Assembly: GCA_965218425.1 (NCBI GenBank)
Contig: OZ244621.1
Location: 4,320,001 to 4,384,000 of the forward strand
DNA: 64,000 nt
Source of the DNA: an uncultured Candidatus Binatia bacterium
GTDB lineage: Bacteria; Desulfobacterota; Binatia; UBA9968; CAXXLF01
Direction of reading: 5' to 3'
Part shown: one piece after another, positions 9,482 to 18,868 of the stretch
Numbering within the stretch: the first letter of the stretch is position 1
Layout: every line of letters starts with the position of its first letter
Notes under the pieces: model-generated
Databases searched by the model: none
Told to the model about the DNA's origin: nothing
Seen by the model: the letters and a program-made list of their open reading frames with translations, nothing else
Position numbers and translations under genes: made by a program

Positions 9482-10273
9482 TTAGAAGGGACGAGCCGCA
9501 CGCACGTCATCGACATACTTTTTAGCAAGCTCAAGAACCAACTTGGCAACCTCGTCCCCGCGACCTGGAATACGCCCGCCTTGAAGAAACGTAGCCCTAT
9601 AGGTGAACCCGGAAATGCGTCCGTCCGCCTCAGGGCCCGCAGTCGACGATCCGCCCAAGACGGGAATTCGACATTTCTCCGCCACTTCGGCATAGATACT
9701 GTGATCCCTGACATGGGTCAAATCCAACATGGTTGCACCTGCCTCCTCCAGAGCTTTCGCCTCGCTGAGGATCTTTTCTCGCATTCGTTTCGCCATATCC
9801 TCTGTGGACGTGTCCAATGACCCGGCGCTCAGGGTACTCTGTGGAGAAAACCCAAACTGAGTCCAAACAGGAATTCCACCTCCGGCAATTCGTCGAACGG
9901 CATCTAAGTTACTTGCAGCATTATCCAATTTTACCATCTCCGCGTGCCCTTCCTTCACCAAGCGAATTGCCGCCCTGACAGCTGACTCGGGTCCTTCTTG
10001 CACTGGGCCAAAAGGCATATCGCAACTCGCCACGGCCCGTTTCACCCCACGGGTCACGGCGAGGCATACAATAATCATTTGCTCCACGGTCACATCGTGA
10101 TGGGTCGCCTGCCCCCACATGTTCCGCCCCACACTGTCACCCACAGTGAGGATGTCCACCCCTGCAAGGTCCATGATTTGCGCCATTTGATAATCGTAGG
10201 TGATTGCGGCGGAGATTTTTTTCTTCTCACGTTTCATTTGTTGCAAATCTGCTACCGTTAATTTCTCTGCCAT
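9482..10273 (-). CDS. panB: PanB-like (ketopantoate hydroxymethyltransferase superfamily) protein with a divergent active site
   Basis: TYDY, VGDSVG, DMPFG and GxxPQS are retained, but KLDN, TQFG and DLTHV replace the usual KLEG, GHIG and VLECV. Confidence 0.75.
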   Translation of the reverse strand: MAEKLTVADLQQMKREKKKISAAITYDYQMAQIMDLAGVDILTVGDSVGRNMWGQATHHDVTVEQMIIVCLAVTRGVKRAVASCDMPFGPVQEGPESAVRAAIRLVKEGHAEMVKLDNAASNLDAVRRIAGGGIPVWTQFGFSPQSTLSAGSLDTSTEDMAKRMREKILSEAKALEEAGATMLDLTHVRDHSIYAEVAEKCRIPVLGGSSTAGPEADGRISGFTYRATFLQGGRIPGRGDEVAKLVLELAKKYVDDVRAARPF

Positions 10274-10344
10274 TGCCGTTCCTCCTTTTCAAAAACGGTT
10301 ATTGTCCGAGGACCCGTGTTCGCGCAGGCTAGGCACGCCTGTGA

Positions 10345-10635
10345 TCAGACCCAAACACGACTCCAACACTCCTCTTTTTCCACCTCGCTCTTATAATATC
10401 TCCATTCCAATGCGAAACTGTCTCGCAAAGTTCCTTCTACGACGTGACCCCGAAGTTTTTTTACACCCTCTCCCATCTGGTTCATGAATTCCGGTCCTTC
10501 ACTCTAAAACCCTAGAATATTTGCTATGGCCATCATCTTGGCAGTCCGCTCTAGGTAAGGCGCATACATGCATGCCTCTTTGATACTCTTCTCCGCAATT
10601 TCCACGCCTATCCCGTGTCGCCTTCCTATAAGAGG
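10345..10635 (-). pseudogene. Degraded C-terminal remnant resembling a class II aldolase/adducin protein
   Basis: Manual translation: RRHGIGVEIAEKSIKEACMYAPYLERTAKMMAIANILGF*...EWRYYKSEV. It has an internal stop and no 5' part. Confidence 0.4.
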
Positions 10636-10994
10636 ATGCAAATCGTCGCGACTCTTAACACCGACTCTGGATGGAAGTCAAGTCTGGTCTCATTAATCTC
10701 GTTGAAGGTGAAGACATGAAAAGGCTAGTCATCGTAGAGCCGGGCGGAATCGACCCACCGGTCTAACGGAACGAACCCACAATCGGCAAAGGACAACGAG
10801 CACCAAAGTCGGTGCCTTCGAAAACCAAGACCAATTACCACTCTCATATTATTAAGGGAGCCTTTCGCCGCGTGCCTGTCGTACGCATAACGCTGGGATC
10901 CGGTATAGACTTAAGCCTGCAAGCAAATGGCAAAGCGTGCGGCTACCGGAATAAAGAAGCCGTGTTTCCTGCGAAACACGGCTTCTTTCCGAGA

Positions 10995-11070
10995 TGGCTC
11001 CCCGGGAGGGACTCGAACCCCCGACACGGTGGTTAACAGCCACCCGCTCTACCGACTGAGCTACCGGGGA
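10995..11070 (-). tRNA. tRNA-Asn(GTT)
   Basis: 76 nt TCCCCGGTAGCTCAGTCGGTAGAGCGGGTGGCT-GTT-AACCACCGTGTCGGGGGTTCGAGTCCCTCCCGGGGAGCCA. Forms a cloverleaf with encoded CCA. Confidence 0.98.
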
Positions 11071-11217
11071 ATTGAATGATTGAACTCTATTTTTTCGGTT
11101 ATTTACGGCTTCAGTAAATGCTGATTGGCCTCTTACTAAAATGGGGATATCTACAGTTTATATCAAGGATCTGGAATTATTGCCAGCCTCGGCCTTAGGC
11201 CTACAAACGCCATCCCT

Positions 11218-11697
11218 CTAAGTTTTACTACCCGGGCTCTTCAACTCCTCCAGCATCTTGTGCAGGTGGGTGGCGGGCCAGTAGACCCGTTGGCAGTGCC
11301 GGCAGACACTGAACCTCTCTTGTGTTGAGAAAACGTAAGGGGGGACCTTCTTCTGAACCGCCTCTTTGGGGATCGGATCGAGGAGATCATTACACTCCAC
11401 GCACCGGGTGAAGGCGTTCTTTACAGGATCCAAACCATAGGCATGGATCACCTGCTTGAGCTGCTCACGGAACCGGGTACTCTCGATGAGCAGATAGTCG
11501 GGAGGGCCTTTCTTACGGATTCCACGGTCGCGGGTCAGGATCAAGCGGTCTTCTTTCCGTGCGGTGCGGATCAACCCATAGCCCGCCAGATGGGAACCGT
11601 AGGCCACATCGTGGCCTATGATGCGAAGCCACTTGGCCAGCCTCCCCAGCATTCTGTCCGCTGCGAATTTCACCGATTCGGCCCGATGATCAACCAT
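11218..11697 (-). CDS. Mut7-C RNase (PIN-like + Zn ribbon) domain protein
   Basis: FAADRMLGRLAKWLR, ILTRDR, TRCVECN, CRHCQRVYW..TH. Start re-set to MVDH. Confidence 0.9.
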   Translation of the reverse strand: MVDHRAESVKFAADRMLGRLAKWLRIIGHDVAYGSHLAGYGLIRTARKEDRLILTRDRGIRKKGPPDYLLIESTRFREQLKQVIHAYGLDPVKNAFTRCVECNDLLDPIPKEAVQKKVPPYVFSTQERFSVCRHCQRVYWPATHLHKMLEELKSPGSKT

Positions 11698-12026
11698 GGA
11701 CTCCCCGTGAGGTTTGAAAAAACCGCCCTCGACATATACCATTAACATAAGGAGCTTCTCCGTCGAACAATTCGGGACATTTATAGCGCATCAGAAACCA
11801 GAAGATAATTATTACTCCGACATGGATCCCTGGTATGTCATTTGCAGTCTTGCAACTTCAAGACATGTCAGGATGAAAGGAAGGCGAATGTTGGCACGAC
11901 CTCACGCAGCTTCCGATATCGTCTCCAAAACGCTTGCGCTCCTTGTCAACAGGATAGTTGACCGTAATCGATGAAGGATCGTTAGGGCGATAAATCAGAT
12001 CTCAGATGGCAGGCCCTTCGAGCGAT

Positions 12027-12056
12027 TTGACAATGGATTAACCTCGGAGTTATGAA
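12027..12056 (+). promoter_or_regulatory. Candidate sigma70 promoter
   Basis: TTGACA-N18-TATGAA upstream of the CDS at 12129. Confidence 0.4.
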
Positions 12057-12128
12057 AGCTTCGTCCTTCGGAGAATTTTTCTTAAAAAAATTTGATGGTC
12101 GGTCTCTAGAAGATAAAGGAAAATTAAA

Positions 12129-13106
12129 ATGGAAGCGGAAAAAGAACGAGCCTTTGCCATACCGGTAACCACACGATCCCTGGTGGTCCTAGAAGTCGCC
12201 TCAGAACTGGTGTCACGCAAACGAAAAGAGTGGGCCTACCCGCAGGCAAAGGTGAGCTTGCGCAATCAAGGCGATGAGGATTGGAAGGTCTGCTTTTTTG
12301 GCAGCGATACCCCTGGCGCCATTGATGCGGTTGCCAGCGGTGAAGTTCAAGTGGCCATCATTAACCCTGCCGAGCCACTGAACCTGGCGGTGCGGGGTAC
12401 TGGTCCATACAAAGAACCTATCCCGCTGAGGATCATTTCGGTTATTCCCTCCTTCGATCAATTGGGTTTCGCCGTTACTGAAAAAACCGGTTTGACTTCA
12501 CTGGCACAGATTCGAGAGCGGCGTTTTCCGCTCAAGGTTTCACTGCGCGGCCAAAAGGACCACTCCCTTCATTTTATGGTGCGACACGTGCTATCCGCCT
12601 ATGATTTCACACTGGAGGACATTGTCTCCTGGGGAGGAGAGGTGCGTTACGATCCTGGTTTGCCGGACGAAGGCTCCAATCGCCTAGGAGCAGTGGGGCG
12701 CGGAGAGGTCGATGCGATCTTCGACGAGGCCATCAACGTTTGGGTCAATCAGGGGCTGGACTTGGGAATGCGGTTTTTAGAGCTGGAGGAACCTTACCTG
12801 CAAAAGCTGGAAAAGATGGGCTACCACCGGGCGCCCATTACCAAGGCGGAGTTTCCCAGAATCGGCCGGGATATCATGACCATCGATTTCAGTGGTTGGC
12901 CCATCTTCACCCATGTCAACGTTTCCAGTGACATAATTACATCCTTCTGCTCGGCCCTGGAGGCGCGCAAGGACCGCATCCCGTGGCAAGGTGAGGGTCC
13001 CCTACCCCTAGAGCGGATGTGTAAAGATAGTCCCGATTCACCTTTGGACGTCCCGCTGCACCCGGCGGCTGAGCGATATTGGTGTGAGCGCGGCTACCTT
13101 CCCTAA
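12129..13106 (+). CDS. TAXI-like periplasmic-binding-fold protein with no signal peptide (paralog of 1677..2624)
   Basis: Shared blocks INPAEPL, GTGPYKEP, DFSGWPI, LEARKDRIPW, MCKD, PLHPAA. Confidence 0.7.
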   Translation: MEAEKERAFAIPVTTRSLVVLEVASELVSRKRKEWAYPQAKVSLRNQGDEDWKVCFFGSDTPGAIDAVASGEVQVAIINPAEPLNLAVRGTGPYKEPIPLRIISVIPSFDQLGFAVTEKTGLTSLAQIRERRFPLKVSLRGQKDHSLHFMVRHVLSAYDFTLEDIVSWGGEVRYDPGLPDEGSNRLGAVGRGEVDAIFDEAINVWVNQGLDLGMRFLELEEPYLQKLEKMGYHRAPITKAEFPRIGRDIMTIDFSGWPIFTHVNVSSDIITSFCSALEARKDRIPWQGEGPLPLERMCKDSPDSPLDVPLHPAAERYWCERGYLP

Positions 13107-13190
13107 CTGATGCTTAATTTAGTGGAACAAACAAACCAATGGGATGGTACGTAACTTTATTTTTCATTCATTCCCTCCAAGGAGGAAACC

Positions 13191-14867
13191 ATGCGGGTCA
13201 TTGATGCCATCTCAGAGGCGATGAAGCGTGAAGGAATTGAGTTCATAAGCTGCTATCCCACCAACCCCATCATCGAAGCTGCCGCGGTTGCCGGCATACG
13301 GCCCATCGTATGTCGCCAAGAGAGAGTCGGTGTGGGTTTTGCCGATGGCTTCAGTCGCGTCACAAATGGGCGGCGCATCGGCGCCTTTACGATGCAGGCG
13401 GGCCCCGGAGCCGAGAACGCCTATTCCGGCATTACTACAGCCTATTCCGATTCTGTACCGATCCTTGTTTTGGCAGCTGGATATCCCAGAGATACGGCGC
13501 AGGTCTTTCATTTTTTCAGATCCTCCAGTGCCTATTCGTCGGTTTGCAAATGGACAGAAGAAATCAACGTGGCGGATCAAGCCCTGGATGTCATGAGACG
13601 CGCATTTAGCCTTTTAAAAATGGGCCGGCCGGGTCCCGTCATCATTGAGATACCACGCGATGTGCAGACTGAGGATTTTGGTGGAGACCCTGCCAAATAT
13701 AAACCAGTGAAATCTACCCGGGCAGGTGCCAACGCCCATGACGTTGCTGAAGCGGCCCGTGTTCTTTTGGAGGCACGGTGTCCAGTGATTTACGCCGGGC
13801 AAGGCGTCCTGTATGCCGAGGCGACCGAGAAACTCATAGCGCTGGCAGAGCTTGTGCAAGCGCCGGTCCTGACGACCTTGGAAGGAAAGAGCGCGTTTCC
13901 TGAGGATCACCCCTTGGCACTAGGAACCGCCGCCTCGGGTGTCACCAGGGCGGCCTACCAATTCTTACAAAAGGCCGATGTCGTTCTTGCCGTGGGCACC
14001 AGCTTGACTCGCCATGGTATTACCGCAGCGCCCGTACCGCCAGGAAAAGTTTTAATTCACTGCACTAACGATGAGAGAGAGATCAACAAGCAGTATCAAG
14101 TGGACTATCCCATATTAGGAGATGCCGGCCTCGTATTGTCTCAGTTCATCGAGGCGGCAAAGGACCTGTTGGGCAACCGTCAACGGGAATCGAACGGTGC
14201 CATAGCAGGAGAGATTAAGAAAATAAAAGAGGAGTGGCTCGCCCAGTGGATGCCTAAACTAACCTCGAATGAAGTCCCCATTACCCCCTATCGCGTCATC
14301 TGGGAATTTATCCAAGCGGTAGATCCGAAACAAACCATTGTCACCCATGATTCAGGGAGCCCGCGCAACCAGCTGGTCCCCTTTTATCCGGCAACGACCC
14401 CCCGAGGCTATCTGGGTTGGGGAAAATCTCACGCCCTGGGCGCCGGCCTGGGGCTCATTATTGGTGCGAAGCTCGCGGCACCGGACAAGTTCTGCGTCAA
14501 CTTCATGGGCGACTCTGCCTTTGGCATGACTGGGCTAGACTTTGAAACCGCAGCGCGCTGCAACATACCCATTTTAACCATTGTACTTAACAACTTCTCA
14601 ATGGCTGTGGAGACCCAAAGTATGGCCAAGTCCCACCAGCTATTTAACACCCGTGATGTAACAGGAAACTACGCCGAAATTGGTCGTGCCTTGGGCGGTT
14701 ACGCCGAAAGAATCGAAAAGCCGGAAGAGATAGGGGCGGCCATCCGACGGGCAAAGAAAGCGAACGAGGAAGGCAAGGCAGCGTTATTGGAATTCATCAC
14801 CAGCCAGGAGATTTCCTACTCCAACCTGCCAGCGATGGAAACAGATGGAAAACAGCAAAGCGCATAG
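13191..14867 (+). CDS. ThDP-dependent enzyme, acetolactate synthase/decarboxylase superfamily
   Basis: RQER, ADGFSR, GRPGPV, FPEDHPL and the GDSAFGM...NN ThDP motif. Confidence 0.9.
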   Translation: MRVIDAISEAMKREGIEFISCYPTNPIIEAAAVAGIRPIVCRQERVGVGFADGFSRVTNGRRIGAFTMQAGPGAENAYSGITTAYSDSVPILVLAAGYPRDTAQVFHFFRSSSAYSSVCKWTEEINVADQALDVMRRAFSLLKMGRPGPVIIEIPRDVQTEDFGGDPAKYKPVKSTRAGANAHDVAEAARVLLEARCPVIYAGQGVLYAEATEKLIALAELVQAPVLTTLEGKSAFPEDHPLALGTAASGVTRAAYQFLQKADVVLAVGTSLTRHGITAAPVPPGKVLIHCTNDEREINKQYQVDYPILGDAGLVLSQFIEAAKDLLGNRQRESNGAIAGEIKKIKEEWLAQWMPKLTSNEVPITPYRVIWEFIQAVDPKQTIVTHDSGSPRNQLVPFYPATTPRGYLGWGKSHALGAGLGLIIGAKLAAPDKFCVNFMGDSAFGMTGLDFETAARCNIPILTIVLNNFSMAVETQSMAKSHQLFNTRDVTGNYAEIGRALGGYAERIEKPEEIGAAIRRAKKANEEGKAALLEFITSQEISYSNLPAMETDGKQQSA

Positions 14868-15076
14868 CGCAAGGCATGCTCAGTACTGAGTGCTGAGTGT
14901 TCGGAATAGGTCTTCGGTGTTGAGAGCAGGGTTTAACACCAAACACTGATAGCACTTTACACTGTTCTAACTGCTTACAGGTTGCTCGATCTTCTCTCCT
15001 CAATCCTCGATTTTCTTTGCTCAGCACTCGTCACTAGGTACTATGCCGAGTGCCTCTTCGCGTTGTTGTCACAGGC

Positions 15077-16207
15077 TCAATTGGCCCCGTTTCCCATGGC
15101 ATGGAGCTTTGGAAGGACTTCCTTGCTAAACATTCGGACGTTGTTAAGCACCAACTCCTGCGGCATGGCCCCCATGCGCACAATCGCCATAAAGGTGCCG
15201 AACCCACCAAGCTCCTCATACTGCGCCTTGAGGTCGCTCAGGACTCGATCCGGCGTCCCCACCAGCACGAACCCGTCGTCGCGCATCTTTTCCATTGGGG
15301 TCACATCAAAAGGATACGGCGTTTTTACCTGATCCCGTGTCAGGTCGGGGTTCTGCGCCAGCAATTTGTCGATGGCCGCGTTGTTGATCTCTCCCAACAG
15401 GTTCTGGAAGTAGTACTCGAAGTGTTTCTTGCAGAGCTTCTCCGCCTCCTTTTGACTTTCCGCCACGAAGACGTGGCGCGCTAGCAGGATGTCCCTTTCG
15501 GTAACCTTGCGGCCCGCCTCGGCACATGCCTCACGGAAAAAATCCAACTGCTTTTTGATGAATGCGGTGGGTGTAAAGGTCACACAAAGGGTCACTCCAG
15601 GTCTCCGGGCAACGTTCCTGGTTGGCTCAGGGCCAATGGCACCTACCCACACTGGCGGGTGGGGTTTCTGATACGGGCGTGGCCACATATCGACTTCCTG
15701 GTAATGGTAGTATTTTCCATGGTGGGTGAATATTTCACTGTTCCAAGCATTGATGATAACGTCCAGGGCCTCTTCGAACCGGGGACGACCTTCACTTACC
15801 GGAATACAATAGGGAAGGTACTCGCGGGGTATGCCGCGTACGAAGCCAGCGATCACTCGGCCCCGGGACAGGTTGTCCAGCATGGCCAGCTCCTCGGCGA
15901 CGCGCATCGGATGCCCATGGAGCGGAAGAAGATTCCCTGCCACAGCAAGTTTGAGGCGACTGGTCTTGGCGGCAATGTAGGAAAGGAACAAATTGGGTGA
16001 GTTATCCAGGCTGTAGGGACTCCCGTGGTGTTCGTTGAGGCAAACCCCGTCGAAGCCCAACTCTTCCATGAGCAGGAACTGTTCGACGTGGTTCTCGTAG
16101 GTCTTCGCCGCCATCTCTGGCTCATAGTTCTTTATACCTACCGGGTAGCCCAGGCGTCCCGTAAGATCTTTCATATAGGGAACAAAATCAAAGGTAAAAA
16201 CTTGCAT
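15077..16207 (-). CDS. LLM-class (luciferase-like) flavin-dependent oxidoreductase
   Basis: EELGFD..LNEHH, RVAEELAMLDNLSRGR, PRPYQKPHPPVW. Confidence 0.92.
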   Translation of the reverse strand: MQVFTFDFVPYMKDLTGRLGYPVGIKNYEPEMAAKTYENHVEQFLLMEELGFDGVCLNEHHGSPYSLDNSPNLFLSYIAAKTSRLKLAVAGNLLPLHGHPMRVAEELAMLDNLSRGRVIAGFVRGIPREYLPYCIPVSEGRPRFEEALDVIINAWNSEIFTHHGKYYHYQEVDMWPRPYQKPHPPVWVGAIGPEPTRNVARRPGVTLCVTFTPTAFIKKQLDFFREACAEAGRKVTERDILLARHVFVAESQKEAEKLCKKHFEYYFQNLLGEINNAAIDKLLAQNPDLTRDQVKTPYPFDVTPMEKMRDDGFVLVGTPDRVLSDLKAQYEELGGFGTFMAIVRMGAMPQELVLNNVRMFSKEVLPKLHAMGNGAN

Positions 16208-16267
16208 ATTCTTTCTTCCTTCCGTTTGAAGCTTTTATAAATTTTCTTCGTTCATTCCGACCTTCGT

Positions 16268-16936
16268 TTACTCAGAACCTTGATTCTTTGTCTTGGAGCG
16301 GCTCATCAACCCCGCAAGTGAAAATCGGGTAATATGATCCGCCAGCTTTTCAATATCCTCCACAGAAAATTTCTGAATGGAGTACAACCGGCTGATCACC
16401 GCCCTGGAATGGTGATAGAAGCCGCATTGACTCACCACGCTCAACATGTTCAGGCGTACCAACTCATCATCAGCGTCAGGCCCAAGAAGCTCTCTGACAA
16501 TGGACTCCAGTTCTTGACTCAGAGGACGAATGGCCTCTTCTACAATTACATCCAGGGCGGGTGTCGGTTCGATCAACTCTCGTGCCGCCAACTTCATATG
16601 CCAGTTCGGACGTCCCTCACCCAGGAGGCGATTCAGCAACGAACGAATAAAGGCGCGAAGCCTATCCTCCGCGCCGGCCCCGCGTTTCAAACCGAAACTT
16701 GGCGGATACAAATCTGTGGCGGTGGAATGCAGGTAACGCATCACCGCAAGGTAGAGTCCATCCTTGTCCCTGAAGTAGTAATTGACAGCGGCCAGATTCG
16801 CCCTGGCCTTTTCGCAGATTTGCCGTACCGTGGCGCCGCGATAACCATACTCTGCAAAGATTTCACCCGCCGCCTCCAGAAGACGTTCCTCTGTTCCTAA
16901 ATTATTCGAAGATTCTCTCCGTGCTTCCCTAACCAT
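16268..16936 (-). CDS. TetR-family regulator (CecR/YbiH-like C-terminal domain)
   Basis: LLEAAGEIFAEYGY..ATVRQIC..A.ANLAAVNYYF.DKDGLY HTH, and HITRFSLAG at the end. Confidence 0.9.
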   Translation of the reverse strand: MVREARRESSNNLGTEERLLEAAGEIFAEYGYRGATVRQICEKARANLAAVNYYFRDKDGLYLAVMRYLHSTATDLYPPSFGLKRGAGAEDRLRAFIRSLLNRLLGEGRPNWHMKLAARELIEPTPALDVIVEEAIRPLSQELESIVRELLGPDADDELVRLNMLSVVSQCGFYHHSRAVISRLYSIQKFSVEDIEKLADHITRFSLAGLMSRSKTKNQGSE

Positions 16937-16945
16937 GATGATAAA

Positions 16946-16966
16946 ACGCTTGTATTAAACAAACGT
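16946..16966. promoter_or_regulatory. Candidate TetR operator
   Basis: Imperfect palindrome ACGCTTGTAT-T-AAACAAACGT (8/10 pairs) between the TetR start codon and a minus-strand TTGACA. Confidence 0.55.
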
Positions 16967-17133
16967 ATGGTTGTCAACTACTGTCTTGTTAGTGGCAAGC
17001 ACAACCTACTTAAGCATCTAATTCTACAGAGTTAATTATGTTGGGGACTGGCAGGGGATGGGCAAGACCACAGTGATGTAAAGCCCCCCGGTCATTTGAA
17101 TAAAATTATCTGCCGCGTCTTTGCTGCCCACAC

Positions 17134-18273
17134 TCAAGGAATGACAGTTTTCTTCTGTGCGGTGGCCCGGCGATATTTAATCGGAGGCATTCCAATGGGA
17201 ATTCCTTCCTTTGCCAATTCCGCCTCGTATATGGATCGGACCTCCCGAGGCTCATCCTCATGCTCCATAATATGACCGCCTTCCAGCTCGCTGGTGGTGG
17301 GCAGCCAGATGGTTCCCACGCCACGGAGTCCGCTACGAAGCGCGAGGTGTCGGGCCGGTTCCTTGCTGGTGGTGAAATGGGAATGGTACCACCCCTCGGG
17401 TGGGACCAGGAGACTACCCCTGCGCCAATCAACTTTAACGAACTCTCCGCCTGGCGGCCACATGAGACTGTACCCCTTTCCGCCAAGAACGACGACTTGC
17501 GCCCCTGGGCCATGCCGGTGAGGTTTTCTGTACGTCCCGCTTTCGATCTGCATGATGTGGCCGATCATCGCAGTGTTATTGGAACCGCTGATTCCAAGAC
17601 GACTGAATCCTGCACCGCGGGTGGGATACTTGGTTAGTTGGACCGCCTCCGCATCGGGAATAAAGTTGACGGATGTATCTTCCAGTATCCCCGGTTTCAT
17701 TTCGGCACTGAAATAATCGCTCTCACCTGAAAAACGATCGGCAAATTCATAGGGGGCATTAAAGATAAAATCCGTCGAGCCGAAGATATTGAAGATCAAG
17801 GGCGCGTTGTTAGCCGCCACAAACCGCACGGCCTCCGATGCCGAGCCATTGAAGTGCTGGAATTTGGTGTTCAAGGGCGGGGAAAAGATGCTGCCGGGTT
17901 GCCACTCCACGGTGGTTGCTTGATTGGTCCTGTCACACCAGATCTGGGTGGCCCCGTGGCCTTCCAGAATGAGAATCAATTCCTCATACATATGACGCAT
18001 GGGCTGAAGGCTCTGGCCAGGGGGTATCTCCGCCACCAGGGAACCCACATACCCCTGGGACCCCGCCAGATGACAGTAAGCGGCAGGACCTCCAAGCCGG
18101 TCCCACGGTTTCAATGGCGCAGTTCGCAGATCCTCTACGCCGTAACCGGCGATTACGGAAAGTCCCTCGTCCTCGCAAAACTTCAAAAATTGAGATTTTA
18201 CCAGGAATCTGCTTTTCGCCTCTGCCTCCAGATCAGTTAATGATCGGTTACTCGTCTTTGCCTCAACTGCCAT
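17134..18273 (-). CDS. Bicupin protein, gentisate 1,2-dioxygenase-like
   Basis: Two cupin repeats: RHMYEE..G.G...PPLN...HFN and HRHGPG...GYS...PP..WYHSHF. Start re-set to MAVEAK. Confidence 0.75.
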   Translation of the reverse strand: MAVEAKTSNRSLTDLEAEAKSRFLVKSQFLKFCEDEGLSVIAGYGVEDLRTAPLKPWDRLGGPAAYCHLAGSQGYVGSLVAEIPPGQSLQPMRHMYEELILILEGHGATQIWCDRTNQATTVEWQPGSIFSPPLNTKFQHFNGSASEAVRFVAANNAPLIFNIFGSTDFIFNAPYEFADRFSGESDYFSAEMKPGILEDTSVNFIPDAEAVQLTKYPTRGAGFSRLGISGSNNTAMIGHIMQIESGTYRKPHRHGPGAQVVVLGGKGYSLMWPPGGEFVKVDWRRGSLLVPPEGWYHSHFTTSKEPARHLALRSGLRGVGTIWLPTTSELEGGHIMEHEDEPREVRSIYEAELAKEGIPIGMPPIKYRRATAQKKTVIP

Positions 18274-18283
18274 TGATTCCTCC

Positions 18284-18868
18284 TTACTTTTTACCCCAGT
18301 AATCGGGATGCTGGAGCACCGCATTTACAAAGGCCTCTTTCATGGGCCGGCCAGAGGTAACCCGCGGATCCCTTTTGATTCGCACCGTCTCCGCCTCAAC
18401 CTTGACCACGAAGAAATGCGGCCCTGGTTCTTTTACCGCCGGCTGTACGATCTTGATGAACTCGTCCAAGGTGCGGATGATTGCGGTCTTTTGGATACCC
18501 GCGCCCTGAGCCATCTTTTCCAGGTCCGTCCTCCGGGAGGTGAACGTGGGCCCCATCCTCGCATAGGATTCATTATCGAAAACGAAGACCATCAGGTTGG
18601 TCGGGTTGGCATCCGCCATGGTAATCACCGAGCTTGTATCGATCATGAAGCTTCCATCGGAGTCCAGGGCAATCACTTTCCGCTTGGGAAAAGCAAAACT
18701 GAGCCCTACTGAAAAACCGACGGTGAGTCCCATGTTCCAGGCATAGAAGTTTGCCCCCTTATCCCGCAGGGCAGGCCAGATGGCCGAGTTGGAAGACAGG
18801 CTCGTCACTACAGGGTCATTCACATCCACCCATTTAACAAGCTCCGCAAGACATTCAGCGCGATTCAC
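18284..18868 (-). CDS. ThDP decarboxylase beta subunit (sulfopyruvate/phosphonopyruvate decarboxylase ComE-like)
   Basis: MGL..G.S, DSDGSF...DNESY, TDLEKMAQGAGI. Its start overlaps the stop of the alpha subunit. Confidence 0.75.
   Translation of the reverse strand: MNRAECLAELVKWVDVNDPVVTSLSSNSAIWPALRDKGANFYAWNMGLTVGFSVGLSFAFPKRKVIALDSDGSFMIDTSSVITMADANPTNLMVFVFDNESYARMGPTFTSRRTDLEKMAQGAGIQKTAIIRTLDEFIKIVQPAVKEPGPHFFVVKVEAETVRIKRDPRVTSGRPMKEAFVNAVLQHPDYWGKK

Noticed and set aside
11892..11908. Sigma54 promoter (TGGCACG...)
   Set aside because: The -12 TTGC element is absent.
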